The position numbers and the translations under genes are program-made. The notes beneath the pieces were generated by a model, which searched no databases, was not told where the DNA came from, and saw nothing but the letters and a program-made list of their open reading frames with translations. Source: an uncultured Actinomycetes bacterium (GTDB lineage Bacteria; Actinomycetota; Thermoleophilia; UBA2241). Taken from it: a stretch of DNA of 64,000 nucleotides. Location of the stretch: positions 6,196 through 70,195 of the forward strand of contig CAWJRV010000005.1 in the NCBI GenBank assembly GCA_963845355.1. The letters run 5' to 3'. The number at the start of each line of letters is the position of its first letter. Position 1 is the first letter of the stretch. Below are positions 42,416 to 52,213 of this stretch, piece after piece.

Positions 42416-43843
42416 TCAGCGCAGGCGGACCAACCGGATGGGGCTGGAGACGACCCCCGCCCAGAGCAGCCGGTAGCGTCCGGTGGCGGCGACCCTGACG
42501 CGCAGCGAGTAGACGCCGTCGGTTCCCGTCGTGACCCCACGGACGGCGACCCAGGCTCCGCTGCCGCGCCGGCGCAGCAGGCGAAGATGCTTGCCCGTCA
42601 CGCCGCCCACTGCGGCACAGGTCAGCCGGCCGCTCAGGCGCACCAGGGCGCCGCGCGGGACGGACGCAGGCGTCGCGGCCAGCGTCAGGCGATCGCCGCC
42701 GGCGAACACATACCACGCGGGCTTGGGCGCGCCGCCCAGTCTGCGCAGGCCGGTGTACGTCCCGTTTCCGTCGGTCGTCACGCCTGTCGGCGAGAAGTCG
42801 CGGTCCAGGTACCAGACAAGCAGCTTGATCCGCGGGTGTCGGGCGGCCATGGCAAGGGCCTTGCGCAGGTAGGCCGCCTGCTGGGTCTCGGTCACGGGCG
42901 GCCCGAAGGCCCAGCTGAAGTGGGTCGAGAAGCCGTACTCCGTCAGGTAGAAGGGCTTCGTGGGAAAGATCCGCAGGAGCGTGCCGATGTTGGCCATCTC
43001 GACGGTGTGGTCGGGGTTCACGGGCGCCAGGGAGGGGTCGAGATCGGAGCGTCCCCCCACGCAGTACGGGTGGTGTGAGTAGACGTCGAAGAGGGGGCCG
43101 GCGCCGAGCGACTTAAGCTCTCGCGCGAACGTCTGCGGGGCGGTGCGGAAGATGTCGTTCTCGCCGGTCGGCGCCGTGGCCCCGGCTATGACGAGGGCCC
43201 CGGGGTCGCCGGCCCGGACGCCGGCGCTCATCGCACTCAGGTAGCCGAGGTAGGTGTGGGCGGCAAACTCGCCGTCGGTCGCGGTGCGCTGGGGGTAGAT
43301 GTAGGACCACAGGTTCGGTTCGTCCCAGCACTCGTAGCCGAGCACCTCGTCCTTGAGGAGCTCGGCGACGTGGCGGGTGAAGGCGCCGAGGTCGCCGAGC
43401 GACGCCTGGGCGACCGGGTAGAAGGACTGATAGCCGCTGTACCCCGACGCTGGGGGATCGCTCCAGTACGACTTGTCGGACGCCCAGCGCGGCACGTAGT
43501 CGATGAGCACGATGACCTTGAGGCCCTCTGCGTGGGCGGCGTCGGTGACCGACTTCAGGTCGGCCAGATAGCCGTCGTCGTCGTAGACGCCGCGTTGCGG
43601 CTCTCCGAGCGGCCACTCGCAGTCGAGCCTGATGACCTGGCCGCGCAGGGTGACGCCGAGCTCGTGCACGAGCGCGAGGCGCTCGGCGAGCGGCTCGGAC
43701 GGAGCGGTGAACCCGGCGTCGGCCATGCCGCGCATCACCGTCCCGGCCCGCGCCGCCGGCGCGAGGGCGAGCGCTGCGAGCAGGGTCAGCGCTGCGAGCA
43801 TGGTCAGCAGCGCAAGGACAGCGAGCGGCGGACGTCGTTTCAT
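42416..43843 (-). CDS. Secreted clan GH-A glycoside hydrolase (GH5/GH39-like) with a basic C-terminal Ig-like module
   Basis: Signal peptide MKRRPPLAVLALL...ARA; YECWDEPN acid/base region, SHHPY and YLTEYG nucleophile. Confidence 0.8.
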   Translation of the reverse strand: MKRRPPLAVLALLTMLAALTLLAALALAPAARAGTVMRGMADAGFTAPSEPLAERLALVHELGVTLRGQVIRLDCEWPLGEPQRGVYDDDGYLADLKSVTDAAHAEGLKVIVLIDYVPRWASDKSYWSDPPASGYSGYQSFYPVAQASLGDLGAFTRHVAELLKDEVLGYECWDEPNLWSYIYPQRTATDGEFAAHTYLGYLSAMSAGVRAGDPGALVIAGATAPTGENDIFRTAPQTFARELKSLGAGPLFDVYSHHPYCVGGRSDLDPSLAPVNPDHTVEMANIGTLLRIFPTKPFYLTEYGFSTHFSWAFGPPVTETQQAAYLRKALAMAARHPRIKLLVWYLDRDFSPTGVTTDGNGTYTGLRRLGGAPKPAWYVFAGGDRLTLAATPASVPRGALVRLSGRLTCAAVGGVTGKHLRLLRRRGSGAWVAVRGVTTGTDGVYSLRVRVAATGRYRLLWAGVVSSPIRLVRLR

Positions 43844-43899
43844 GCCTACGATGTCGGCCGGGCGCCCCCCTGGCTTTAAGAACGCGGACCCCGCCGTGC

Positions 43900-45318
43900 T
43901 TACCGCACCCTGTAGGCGACGAGGCCGCTCTGCCGGCGGCTGGCGCCGCCACTCGCGGCGGCGATACCCACGAACAGGGTCCGGCCGCTCACCACGAGCG
44001 ACGCGGCAAGACCCGCGCGTCCGGGCGTGTAAGCGTGCCACAGGACCTTGCCGGTGCTGACCCGGTAGGCTCGCAGCAGCCCTTTGAGGTCGCCGGTCAG
44101 GTAGACGTCGTTCGAGAGAAACCCGGCCGCGGTCGCCATCGGCGACTGCGCCGGCGCCCTGGACCACAGGAAGGCGCCGTCGCTCAGGTCGAGCGCGGCC
44201 ACGTTGGCGACCCGCGTCGTACCCGTGTTGTTGCTCGCGCACAGGAGGCGGTCGGTCCCGATAGCCGCCTCGTCGCGGATGCCGTCGGACCCCGCCCCGA
44301 TCGAGGTGTGCCAGACGGGAGCGCCCGTGGCGCGGTCGAAGGCCCAGTAGGTGCCGCTCTTCTGCCCGGCGCCGACGAGCTCCCGAGGCACGCCGGCTAT
44401 CGTCGCCGTGAAGAGCTGCGGTCCGGCCCCGAAGTCGTCGTCGGGCCCGTGGCTCTGGCCGGGCAGCCAGACGTCGTTTGCCGTCACCTGCTGGTGCCAG
44501 ACCACGGCGCCGGTCGTCGCGTTCAGCGCGAGCAGGGCGTCGGACGTATCTGAGGCGATCCCGGTGTAGTTGTTGCCGGTGTCGCAGTACAGCAGGTCCA
44601 GCGTGGGATCGAGGGCGAACGAGCTCCAGACGGCGGCGCCGTTCGACGGCGGCGTGGCGCTCGTGGAAGCCGTGGGCGTGGACCAGACGCGCGCGCCGTT
44701 CGAGGCTTTCATGGCGATGACGGCGCCGCAAGAGTCGCCGGGCGTGCCGGGCAGCACCTCGTCGACCGACGAAAGACCGACGTAGACGAGACCGTTGTAG
44801 GCGAGCAGGTCGCAGAGCGAACCGGCATACGGGTCGCTTGCCCTCAGGCGCTTCGTCCAGGCGTGGTTTCCGGTCGCGGTGGACAGCGCATAGACGGAGC
44901 CCTCGACGCTCGCCACGATGAGCCGGCTGCCGACGATGACGGGCGTGCCGGCGAAACCGTGCCACGGCCAGGTCTTCGGCTTCTCGACGCGGCGCTTCCA
45001 GACGACCCGTCCGGTGGCGGCCGACACGCGCCACACCGTGCCGCTCCAGTCGGCGATGTATACCGACGATCCGGCGACCAGGGGCGTGCCGCTCACCATG
45101 CCGGCGGTGGGCAGAAACCAGGCCTTGCGCAGTCCGGACACGTTGGTCGCGCTGACGCCCGTCGTGAAGCTGGCGTGCTGGTTGCCAAGGATCTCGGACT
45201 GCGTCTGGGCGGCGGCGACGCTCGGCGTCGCCGCCGCCCAGACGATCGCGCAGGCACAGGCCAGCGCGGCCGGCAGTCGTTTGTGGCACGCCCGGATCGT
45301 TCGCCTGCATCGTTGCAT
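43900..45318 (-). CDS. Secreted PQQ-binding-like beta-propeller protein (PVA-dehydrogenase-like)
   Basis: Repeated A-x-x-A-x-T-G-x-x-x-W blades; GAAVWSS, TGNNY, DDDFGAGP and GAGQKSG. Confidence 0.8.
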   Translation of the reverse strand: MQRCRRTIRACHKRLPAALACACAIVWAAATPSVAAAQTQSEILGNQHASFTTGVSATNVSGLRKAWFLPTAGMVSGTPLVAGSSVYIADWSGTVWRVSAATGRVVWKRRVEKPKTWPWHGFAGTPVIVGSRLIVASVEGSVYALSTATGNHAWTKRLRASDPYAGSLCDLLAYNGLVYVGLSSVDEVLPGTPGDSCGAVIAMKASNGARVWSTPTASTSATPPSNGAAVWSSFALDPTLDLLYCDTGNNYTGIASDTSDALLALNATTGAVVWHQQVTANDVWLPGQSHGPDDDFGAGPQLFTATIAGVPRELVGAGQKSGTYWAFDRATGAPVWHTSIGAGSDGIRDEAAIGTDRLLCASNNTGTTRVANVAALDLSDGAFLWSRAPAQSPMATAAGFLSNDVYLTGDLKGLLRAYRVSTGKVLWHAYTPGRAGLAASLVVSGRTLFVGIAAASGGASRRQSGLVAYRVR

Positions 45319-45380
45319 CTCAAGTCTCCTCGCGCTTGGAACCTGGCGGGACAGCCGCGGCTTGTCGCTGCGGCGACATA

Positions 45381-46121
45381 CTAGGGCCGCGCGGGGCGGC
45401 TCGCCACCAGCAGGAGCGAGAGCCCGATCGGCAGGTCTGTGCGAGCCAGGATCGGGCGCTCGAGCCCGAACACCGCGCGCAGGACCGCATTGATGGGGCG
45501 CGGCGGCAGCGCGACGGCCGGCGAGCGAGGCAACCTGAGCACGCGGACCGCCGTACGTTCGAGCCCAGCCAGGGGCAGCAGCAGCGAGTTGAAATAGGTC
45601 GCCCGGTCCACGCGAAAGCCCGCTCGCCGTGCGACGGTCAGGAGCCCGCCACGCGTGTAGCGGCGGAAGTGCGCGTTCAGCTCGTCGTGTACGCTCCACT
45701 GGCTCGGAAGGGCCGGCACAGTGACGATCAGCCGTCCGCCGGGTCGCAGGACCCGAAAGGCCTCGGCGAGGCCGGGACCGTCGTCGGCAAGGTGCTCGAG
45801 CACATCGAGGGCCAGGACGAGGTCGACTGACGAAGCCTCGACGGGCAGGTCCTCGAACGTACCGCTCTCGACGTCGCAGCCCTTGCCCGCGGCAAGACGC
45901 GCGGCCGCCTCGGCCGGCTCTATCCCTTTGACCGCGGCGTCGGGAAAGCAGACCCGCAGGGCGCGCATGGTGCCGCCGGTGCCGCAGCCGACCTCGAGAA
46001 TGCGCCGCCAGGGTCGCGACACCGTCGGCGCGGCGGCGTCGAGCACGATGCGGCGCCGTACGACGAACCACCAGTGGGTGTCTTCGAGGCTGTCGAAGCT
46101 GAGCAGGAGCTGCTCGTCCAC
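45381..46121 (-). CDS. Class I SAM-dependent methyltransferase
   Basis: HWWF, LEVGCGTG, LDVLEHL, RVLRPGG and HFRRY. Confidence 0.9.
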   Translation of the reverse strand: MDEQLLLSFDSLEDTHWWFVVRRRIVLDAAAPTVSRPWRRILEVGCGTGGTMRALRVCFPDAAVKGIEPAEAAARLAAGKGCDVESGTFEDLPVEASSVDLVLALDVLEHLADDGPGLAEAFRVLRPGGRLIVTVPALPSQWSVHDELNAHFRRYTRGGLLTVARRAGFRVDRATYFNSLLLPLAGLERTAVRVLRLPRSPAVALPPRPINAVLRAVFGLERPILARTDLPIGLSLLLVASRPARP

Positions 46122-46275
46122 GAGCCCCCTCTTCTTGCCTTGGGCCGCTCTTTACGTCGCGAGGTCGCCGCACGGCCGCGTTCTCGCGCCGCGGCGTTCT
46201 CGCGCCGCCGACAGGCCGCTACTATACACTGAGCCGCGACAACCACCGGCGCACCACGGGAGGACTCCGGTCAGC

Positions 46276-47244
46276 ATGACGTCGACGTCGCTCAACAAGG
46301 TCGTGCACTCGGTCGTCGTGCCGGTCTGCGACGAAGTCGACGGCATCGACCAGTTCCACGCCCGCTGCTGCGCGGCCATGACCGCGCTCGGCGAGCCGTT
46401 CGAGATCGTCTACGTCGACGACGGCAGCCGCGACGGTTCGTGGCAGCGGCTCCAGGCGATCGGCGGGCGCGACCGCGCCGTGCAGCTGGTACGCCTGTCG
46501 CGCAACTTCGGTCATCAGATCGCCATCTCGGCGGGCATCGCCCACACCGTGGGCGAGACGGTGTGCGTGATAGACGCTGATCTTCAGGACCCCCCCGAGG
46601 TGATCGGCGAGCTCGTCGCGCGCTGGCGCGAGGGAGCCGACATCGTGTACGCCGTGCGTCGCGAGCGCCACGAGGACAGCCGCTTCAAGACGGCTTCGGC
46701 GTCGGTCTACTACCGGCTCATGCGCTGGCTTGCCGAAGTCGACATCCCGGTCGACGCGGGCGACTTCAGGCTGCTCAGCAGGCGCGCCGCCGATGCCCTG
46801 ACATCCATGCCCGAGCACGATCGCTATGTGCGCGGCATGGTAGCGTGGCTCGGCTTCACGACGGCCGAGGTCGGCTACGCCCGGGACGCCCGGCACGCGG
46901 GGCGGACGAAGTATCCCCTGACCCGCATGGTCCGCCTGGCGCTCGACGGCATCATGGCCTTCTCGGTGCGCCCGTTGCGGCTCGCCACAGTGATGGGGTT
47001 CGTCGTGTCGGCCAGCGCCTTCGCGGCCGCCTTGGTGCTGACGATCCTGCGCCTCGCCGGGCACATCTCGGTGGTCCAGGGCTGGACTTCGCTGGCCGTC
47101 CTCGTGCTGCTGCTCGCGGGCGTGCAGTTGATCACCGTCGGCGTTCTCGGCGAGTACGTGGGACGCATCTACAACGAGGTCAGGCACCGGCCGTTGTATC
47201 TTCTTCGCGATACCGACGAGCGCAAGCCCGACGCGGGACCGTGA
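46276..47244 (+). CDS. GT2 polyprenol-phosphate glycosyltransferase (GtrB/ArnC/YkoT-like)
   Basis: VDDGSRD, LSRNFGHQ, DADLQDPPE, GDFRL, two C-terminal TMs and GEYVGRIYNEVRHRPLY. Confidence 0.93.
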   Translation: MTSTSLNKVVHSVVVPVCDEVDGIDQFHARCCAAMTALGEPFEIVYVDDGSRDGSWQRLQAIGGRDRAVQLVRLSRNFGHQIAISAGIAHTVGETVCVIDADLQDPPEVIGELVARWREGADIVYAVRRERHEDSRFKTASASVYYRLMRWLAEVDIPVDAGDFRLLSRRAADALTSMPEHDRYVRGMVAWLGFTTAEVGYARDARHAGRTKYPLTRMVRLALDGIMAFSVRPLRLATVMGFVVSASAFAAALVLTILRLAGHISVVQGWTSLAVLVLLLAGVQLITVGVLGEYVGRIYNEVRHRPLYLLRDTDERKPDAGP

Positions 47245-49115
47245 GCCTCCCGGGCCGCGCGGTCAGCCGCAGGGACCCGGTCCTCGTGGCGGCGATCGTG
47301 GTCGTCGCGGCGCTCGCCGTGTGGCGGGCGACGCTCGGTATCTCGTTCTTCGACGACGGATCCTACGTGACGCTGCCCCTGCATCTCGCGCAGGGCGCGC
47401 GGCCCTTCGCCGACGAGATGACGGCTCAGGGACTGGGGTTCCTGCTGGCCGTGCCCTTCGTGAAGCTCTGGACGATGCTGTTCGGCACGAGCGCACTGGT
47501 GCTGGCCTCGCGCCTCTTCTACGTCGTCCTGGCGGTGGGCGCCGGCTACGTGATCTACCGGGCGCTCAGGCCGACCTTCGGCAGCCGCGTCACTGCCCTC
47601 GCGCTCGCGGTCGTCCTGCTGGCGCCGCCCTACAATGTGATGGCCGTGAGCTACAACACCGTGGCGGTACTGGCATTCGCCATGGCCACCGCGCTCGCCT
47701 GGCAAGCGGTGCGCGACGGCGATCGGCGGGCCGCGGTGGCGGCCGGCGTCGCCGCCGCGGTCGGCGCGGTCAGCTATGTCTCGCTGGCCCCGGTGGCTCT
47801 GACGCTGGCCGGCACCGTGATCGTGGTCGGCTGGCGGCAGCGCGTCGTACCGGCCTTCATTGCCGGTCTCGTCGGCGCCGGCGCGCTGTTTGCCGCCCTG
47901 CTCCTGCTCCTCGTCTCGCCACACACCATAGCGGTCGCCCTGCGCTACTCGTCGGACGTCTGGGGGACGCACCGATCGCTTGCCGGCCGCGCGGGGCCGC
48001 TGCTCACCGATCTGCGCGTCGTGCTCACGAGCAACTGGCTGCTGCCGATGTGGATCCTTGCCGTGCTGGCCTGCCTGCCCTGGCTCACCCGCCGCGTGCG
48101 GGCCGTCGTGCTCGCTCTGCTGCCGCTGGCGGCCACCGCGCTCCCCGCCTGGCATCACCGGCACGCCCGGATCCCGTTCTTCGGGCGCTTCGGCACGGCC
48201 TGCCTTGTGACCATCTCGGCAGGCCTGCTGGTGCCGGTCGTCTTCTGGGCCGTGAGCGAGGCCGTGACCGGGCACCGGCGCGCGACCGGGCGTGGCGCCC
48301 CGCCCGAACCCCAGCTGGACGTGGCGCTCGGGACCGGACGCGATCCCCAGCCCGAACCCCAGCCGGCCGTGGCGCTCGAGGCCGTCCGCGATCCCCAGCC
48401 CGCCGCCGCCGACCCGACCGGCCCGATCCCCCCGGTCGGCTCCGCCAGTCCGGCGGGCGTTTTGCGTCTGCTGGTGCTGGCCGTGCCGCCGGCACTCGTC
48501 GGCTTCGTGATCGTCGGCCTGTCTACCAGCTCCGGCTGGTACCGCGCCCTGGCGTTCGTCGGCCTGGCGCCGCTGACCGTCGTGCTCGTTGCCGACTGGG
48601 GTTACCTGGTCAAGCGCGACGGCGGTCGGCGGCTCTTCGCCTCAGCCGCGGCCGCTCTGCTGCTCGTCATGCTGGTCGCCCTGTTTGCGAGCTCGTTCAA
48701 AGACGGGGCGCCCTGGAAGCTGACCCACCACATCTGGCATGGCCCCCTGGCCGGCATCGCCACCACCGATCAGCGGGCCGCCCAGATCGCGGCCGTCGAG
48801 GCACAAGGGCGCCGCTGGGTCGGCAGGCACGATCGGGTGCTGATCTTCGACGCTCCGCTCGCCTATGCCCTGGTCGGTGGGCGCATCGATACGAACGCGG
48901 TCTGGTTGCAGTCCGGTCCCAGCGACCAGGCCACCGTCGACTACTTCGCCCGCACGCACCACCCGCCGGATGTCGTCTTTCTGTCGAGCGGCATCGCGGC
49001 GCGTAGCGGCGGTCCCGCGCTGCAGCAGACGAGCGACCCTCTGGTCAGGTTCCTGGCCGCTCACTACCGCGTGGTCGAGAGCGGTCAGCTGCTCGACGTG
49101 CTGGTGCGTCGGTAA
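47241..49115 (+). CDS. Polytopic membrane protein, probable GT-C glycosyltransferase
   Basis: GTGA-coupled to the GT2 gene; FFDDGSY acidic motif after TM1, SYNT, about 13 TMs and an extracellular C-terminal domain. Confidence 0.65.
   Translation: MSLPGRAVSRRDPVLVAAIVVVAALAVWRATLGISFFDDGSYVTLPLHLAQGARPFADEMTAQGLGFLLAVPFVKLWTMLFGTSALVLASRLFYVVLAVGAGYVIYRALRPTFGSRVTALALAVVLLAPPYNVMAVSYNTVAVLAFAMATALAWQAVRDGDRRAAVAAGVAAAVGAVSYVSLAPVALTLAGTVIVVGWRQRVVPAFIAGLVGAGALFAALLLLLVSPHTIAVALRYSSDVWGTHRSLAGRAGPLLTDLRVVLTSNWLLPMWILAVLACLPWLTRRVRAVVLALLPLAATALPAWHHRHARIPFFGRFGTACLVTISAGLLVPVVFWAVSEAVTGHRRATGRGAPPEPQLDVALGTGRDPQPEPQPAVALEAVRDPQPAAADPTGPIPPVGSASPAGVLRLLVLAVPPALVGFVIVGLSTSSGWYRALAFVGLAPLTVVLVADWGYLVKRDGGRRLFASAAAALLLVMLVALFASSFKDGAPWKLTHHIWHGPLAGIATTDQRAAQIAAVEAQGRRWVGRHDRVLIFDAPLAYALVGGRIDTNAVWLQSGPSDQATVDYFARTHHPPDVVFLSSGIAARSGGPALQQTSDPLVRFLAAHYRVVESGQLLDVLVRR
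48303..48398 (+). repeat. 48-bp tandem duplication within a loop of the GT-C-like protein
   Basis: Encodes PEPQLDVALGTGRDPQ / PEPQPAVALEAVRDPQ. Confidence 0.85.
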
Positions 49116-49119
49116 CCCT

Positions 49120-49172
49120 GAGCGGCGGCGCGCCCGCGAGTGACGGCGCGCGGCGAGTGACGGCGCGCTGGT
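49120..49172. repeat. About three 17-18-bp direct repeats (GAGTGACGGCGCGC) between convergent genes
   Basis: Read directly from the sequence. Confidence 0.65.
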
Positions 49173-49177
49173 CGCGC

Positions 49178-50347
49178 CTAGTCGATGAAGTCGTGCAGCG
49201 CCTGCGCGTCGCGGTAGCTCTTGAGCTTGGTCAGGGTCTTGGCTTCGATCTGACGGATGCGCTCGCGGGTGACGCCGAACTTCTGGCCCACCTCTTCGAG
49301 GGTGCGCGCGTGCTCGCCCTTGAGCCCGAAGCGCAGCTCGATCACCTTGCGCTCGCGGTGAGTGAGGGTCGAGAGCACCTTGGTGACCTCTTCCTTTTGC
49401 AGGATCTCGCTCACCGCTTCGACCGGCATGACGGCCTCTTCGTCTTCGATGAAATCGGCGAGGTTCGTGTCTTCAGTGTCGCCCACCGGACGTTCGAGGC
49501 TGACGGGCTCCTGGCTGATCTTGAGGATCTCGCGCACCTTCTGGGGCGTGGTGCCCATCTCGGCGGCGATCTCTTCGGGCGTGGGCTCGCGGCCCAGGTT
49601 CGACTGCAGCTCGCGCTGCACGCGGATCAGCTTGTTGATCTGCTCGACCATGTGCACCGGTATGCGGATGGTGCGTGCCTGATCGGCCATGGCTCGCGAG
49701 ATCGCCTGGCGGATCCACCAGGTGGCGTAGGTCGAGAACTTGTAGCCGCGGCGGTAGTCGAACTTCTCGACCGCCCGGATGAGGCCCAGGTTGCCCTCCT
49801 GGATCAAGTCGAGGATGGGCATGCTGCTGCGCGCGTAGCGCTTGGCGATCGACACCACGAGGCGCAGGTTCGCCTCGATCAGCTCGTGCTTGGCCTCCAT
49901 GTCGTGACGCTCGATGCGCTTGGCCAGCGAGACTTCCTGCACGGCCGTGAGCAGGGGCACCTTGCCGATCTCGCGCAGGTACATGCGCACCGGGTCGAAG
50001 CTGCGGGTCTTGACCGACAGGTCGAGTTGGGGCGCGGGCTCTTCGTCGTCGCCGCCGTCGCCCTGTCGCAGGTCGCCGGGCGACTCGTCGCCCTCGATCA
50101 CATCGACGCCGATGTCGTGCAGGAGCAGCAGGAAGTCGTCGAACTGATTGGCGTCGAGCTCGACGTCCTTCAGCACGTCGTGGATGTGGTCGACGTTCAG
50201 GTAGCCCTGCTCGCGACCTTCGACCATCAGGGCGTCGACTTCTTCGATGCCCTCGATGCTCAGCCCGTGCTCGGCCGGTTCGCTGGGTTTGCGCTGTTGG
50301 GGTTCGTTGCTCACGTTCTCAGGATCGGGCCGCACCGCCCGGGTCAC
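49178..50347 (-). CDS. rpoD: RpoD/SigA-type sigma-70 factor, possibly a paralogue of the housekeeping copy
   Basis: Region 1.1 (GREQGYL), [45 protein letters not shown] and [20 protein letters not shown]; start at 50347 (GTGA overlap) or 50314. Confidence 0.88.
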   Translation of the reverse strand: MTRAVRPDPENVSNEPQQRKPSEPAEHGLSIEGIEEVDALMVEGREQGYLNVDHIHDVLKDVELDANQFDDFLLLLHDIGVDVIEGDESPGDLRQGDGGDDEEPAPQLDLSVKTRSFDPVRMYLREIGKVPLLTAVQEVSLAKRIERHDMEAKHELIEANLRLVVSIAKRYARSSMPILDLIQEGNLGLIRAVEKFDYRRGYKFSTYATWWIRQAISRAMADQARTIRIPVHMVEQINKLIRVQRELQSNLGREPTPEEIAAEMGTTPQKVREILKISQEPVSLERPVGDTEDTNLADFIEDEEAVMPVEAVSEILQKEEVTKVLSTLTHRERKVIELRFGLKGEHARTLEEVGQKFGVTRERIRQIEAKTLTKLKSYRDAQALHDFID

Positions 50348-51324
50348 GATGGGGAGGGGGCAGAGGGGCTCGCGCCGTTGCCCCGTCTGGTGCCCCGTGC
50401 GGCGACGGGCCGCCCAATCGCTTTCGTGACGGCGCCGTCGGCGGACTGTGCCTCGAGCCCGGCGAGGTCGCCGATGACGTTGGCGAGCTGCGTGTCGCTG
50501 GGCACCACTACCTTGCTGTTCTGATAGAGCGCCCGCTCGATCGCTTCGAGCTTGCGCAGCATCTGGGCGTTGCCGACGAAATACTTATCGGCAGCCTCGT
50601 TGACGAGCTGGATGGCCTGCGCCTCGCCCTGGGCCTGCAGGATCTTGGCCTGCCTCACGCCTTCGGCCTTCTTGATCTCGGCTCGTCGCTGGCCGTCGGC
50701 CTGGGTCTCGGTCGCGGTGGCGAAGTCGATGGCGGCCACCTTTTCGTTTTCGGCTTTGACGACCTTGTTCATGGTCTCCTGTACGTCGCGCGGCGGGTCG
50801 ATCTCCTTGAGCTCGGTGCGCAGGATCTCGATGCCCCAGTTGGCCGTCTCGACCAGCAGGTTCGAACGCAGCTCGTCGTTGATCTTGCCGCGCTCGGAGT
50901 TGGCCGACTTCAGCGAGAGTGTGCCGATGATGTTGCGCAGTGTCGTGCGCGCCAGGTTGACGACCTGGTTCTGATAGTTGGTGACGTTGTACTGCGTGGC
51001 CTTGACGCTCTCTTCGTCGTCTTTGACCTTGAGGTAGACCTGTGCGTCGACCTTGGCGTTCAGATTGTCGTTGGTGATGATCTCCTGCGGTTGGGCCTCG
51101 ACCAAGACCTCGCGTATGTCGATCCTGTAGAGACGGTCGACGATCGGCAGCACGGCATGCACGCCCGGTCCGCAGTAGTGGTGGTACTTGCCGAAACGTT
51201 CCACCAGGCCGCGGTGCGTGGGGCGCACCACTCGCACGCTGAGCAGGGCCGCGACGAGCAGCGCCACGACCACGACGGCCACGCCGACGAGCACGGCGGC
51301 GCCGGCGGGCGACACGGCTACCAT
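50344..51324 (-). CDS. SPFH / band 7 (stomatin/QmcA-like) membrane protein
   Basis: N-terminal [40 protein letters not shown] and an AE-rich coiled coil. Confidence 0.92.
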   Translation of the reverse strand: MVAVSPAGAAVLVGVAVVVVALLVAALLSVRVVRPTHRGLVERFGKYHHYCGPGVHAVLPIVDRLYRIDIREVLVEAQPQEIITNDNLNAKVDAQVYLKVKDDEESVKATQYNVTNYQNQVVNLARTTLRNIIGTLSLKSANSERGKINDELRSNLLVETANWGIEILRTELKEIDPPRDVQETMNKVVKAENEKVAAIDFATATETQADGQRRAEIKKAEGVRQAKILQAQGEAQAIQLVNEAADKYFVGNAQMLRKLEAIERALYQNSKVVVPSDTQLANVIGDLAGLEAQSADGAVTKAIGRPVAARGTRRGNGASPSAPSPS

Positions 51325-51630
51325 GGTCGCCTCGGCACGCGGGCGACGGCCATCAGGGCGGCGTGAGCGGCGGATACGACGTTCATGAGCCTGTCCTTCG
51401 CGTAGGTCGGTGGCGAACGGCTCGAGTGGGAGAGCGGCGTCGGGGTCGGCGATCCGCCTTCTTTAGTCGAGGTCCTCCCGCATAGTGTACCCCGACGAGG
51501 CCAGGGGCAGCAGGTGCGCGGAAGGGTAAGCGTCCCAAGGGCAGTGACGGCGGCACTCGTGATAGGCTCGTTGGCAGGGATCGACGCGCGCAAGACGCGT
51601 GCGCCGGCACGGCTCGCGCGGAGGTGGACC

Positions 51631-52023
51631 ATAGAGCAGCCGTCGTCCAGCGCCGACGGGCAGGGCGACCAGGGAACGCCCTACGGCGCGAGCGCGCCGC
51701 GGCGCACCTGGCTTGCGGCCGAACGGACCTATCTCGCCTGGCTGCGTACGGGCCTCGGGGCGGTGGGCGTGGCCATTGCGGTCGGTCGCGTGGTCCCGGC
51801 GCTGATCGGCGGTTCGCGCGTCGCCTACGCGGTTCTGGGTGCCGGATACGGCGTACTGGGCGCCTTCATCATCGCCTATGCCCTTCTGCGCGCCCGGCGG
51901 ATCGACGCCGCGCTCGTGGTCGACGGCCCGGTCGCCCCAGACTGGTGGGCGCTCGTCGTGGTCACGGTCATCGGACTTGCTCTGGCGGTCGCCACCGTCG
52001 TCATGGTGCTGGTCGCGATCTAG
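51631..52023 (+). CDS. DUF202 (YidH-like) small membrane protein
   Basis: RTWLAAERTYLAWLRT signature plus three TMs; start uncertain (in-frame ATA after GGAGGT, or GTG at 51514). Confidence 0.82.
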   Translation: MEQPSSSADGQGDQGTPYGASAPRRTWLAAERTYLAWLRTGLGAVGVAIAVGRVVPALIGGSRVAYAVLGAGYGVLGAFIIAYALLRARRIDAALVVDGPVAPDWWALVVVTVIGLALAVATVVMVLVAI

Positions 52024-52213
52024 CGTCGTGACGCCCGCGGACTCACCTCGTCACAAGGCGTCACGGATCGCCGGGCGTGTCTCCGCGCACCGCGCGAGGG
52101 TGCGGGCGCCGGCCCGCGCCGACCACCCGTCGAGCGTCACCGACCCTGGTCGTGGCGCCGCCCGGACAAGCCGCGCCTTCGTGGCCACCCGGCGACGCGT
52201 CGCCCTACGGCCA

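Noticed and set aside
42416-45310. 964-aa ORF as one giant protein
   Set aside because: Its first ~490 aa are an off-frame reading of the PQQ-propeller gene; the real gene starts at 43843 with a signal peptide.
49157-50524. Long antisense ORF opposite the sigma factor (likewise 34698-37031, 27005-28747, 56273-57562)
   Set aside because: Typical shadow ORFs caused by high GC3 bias; no recognisable motifs.
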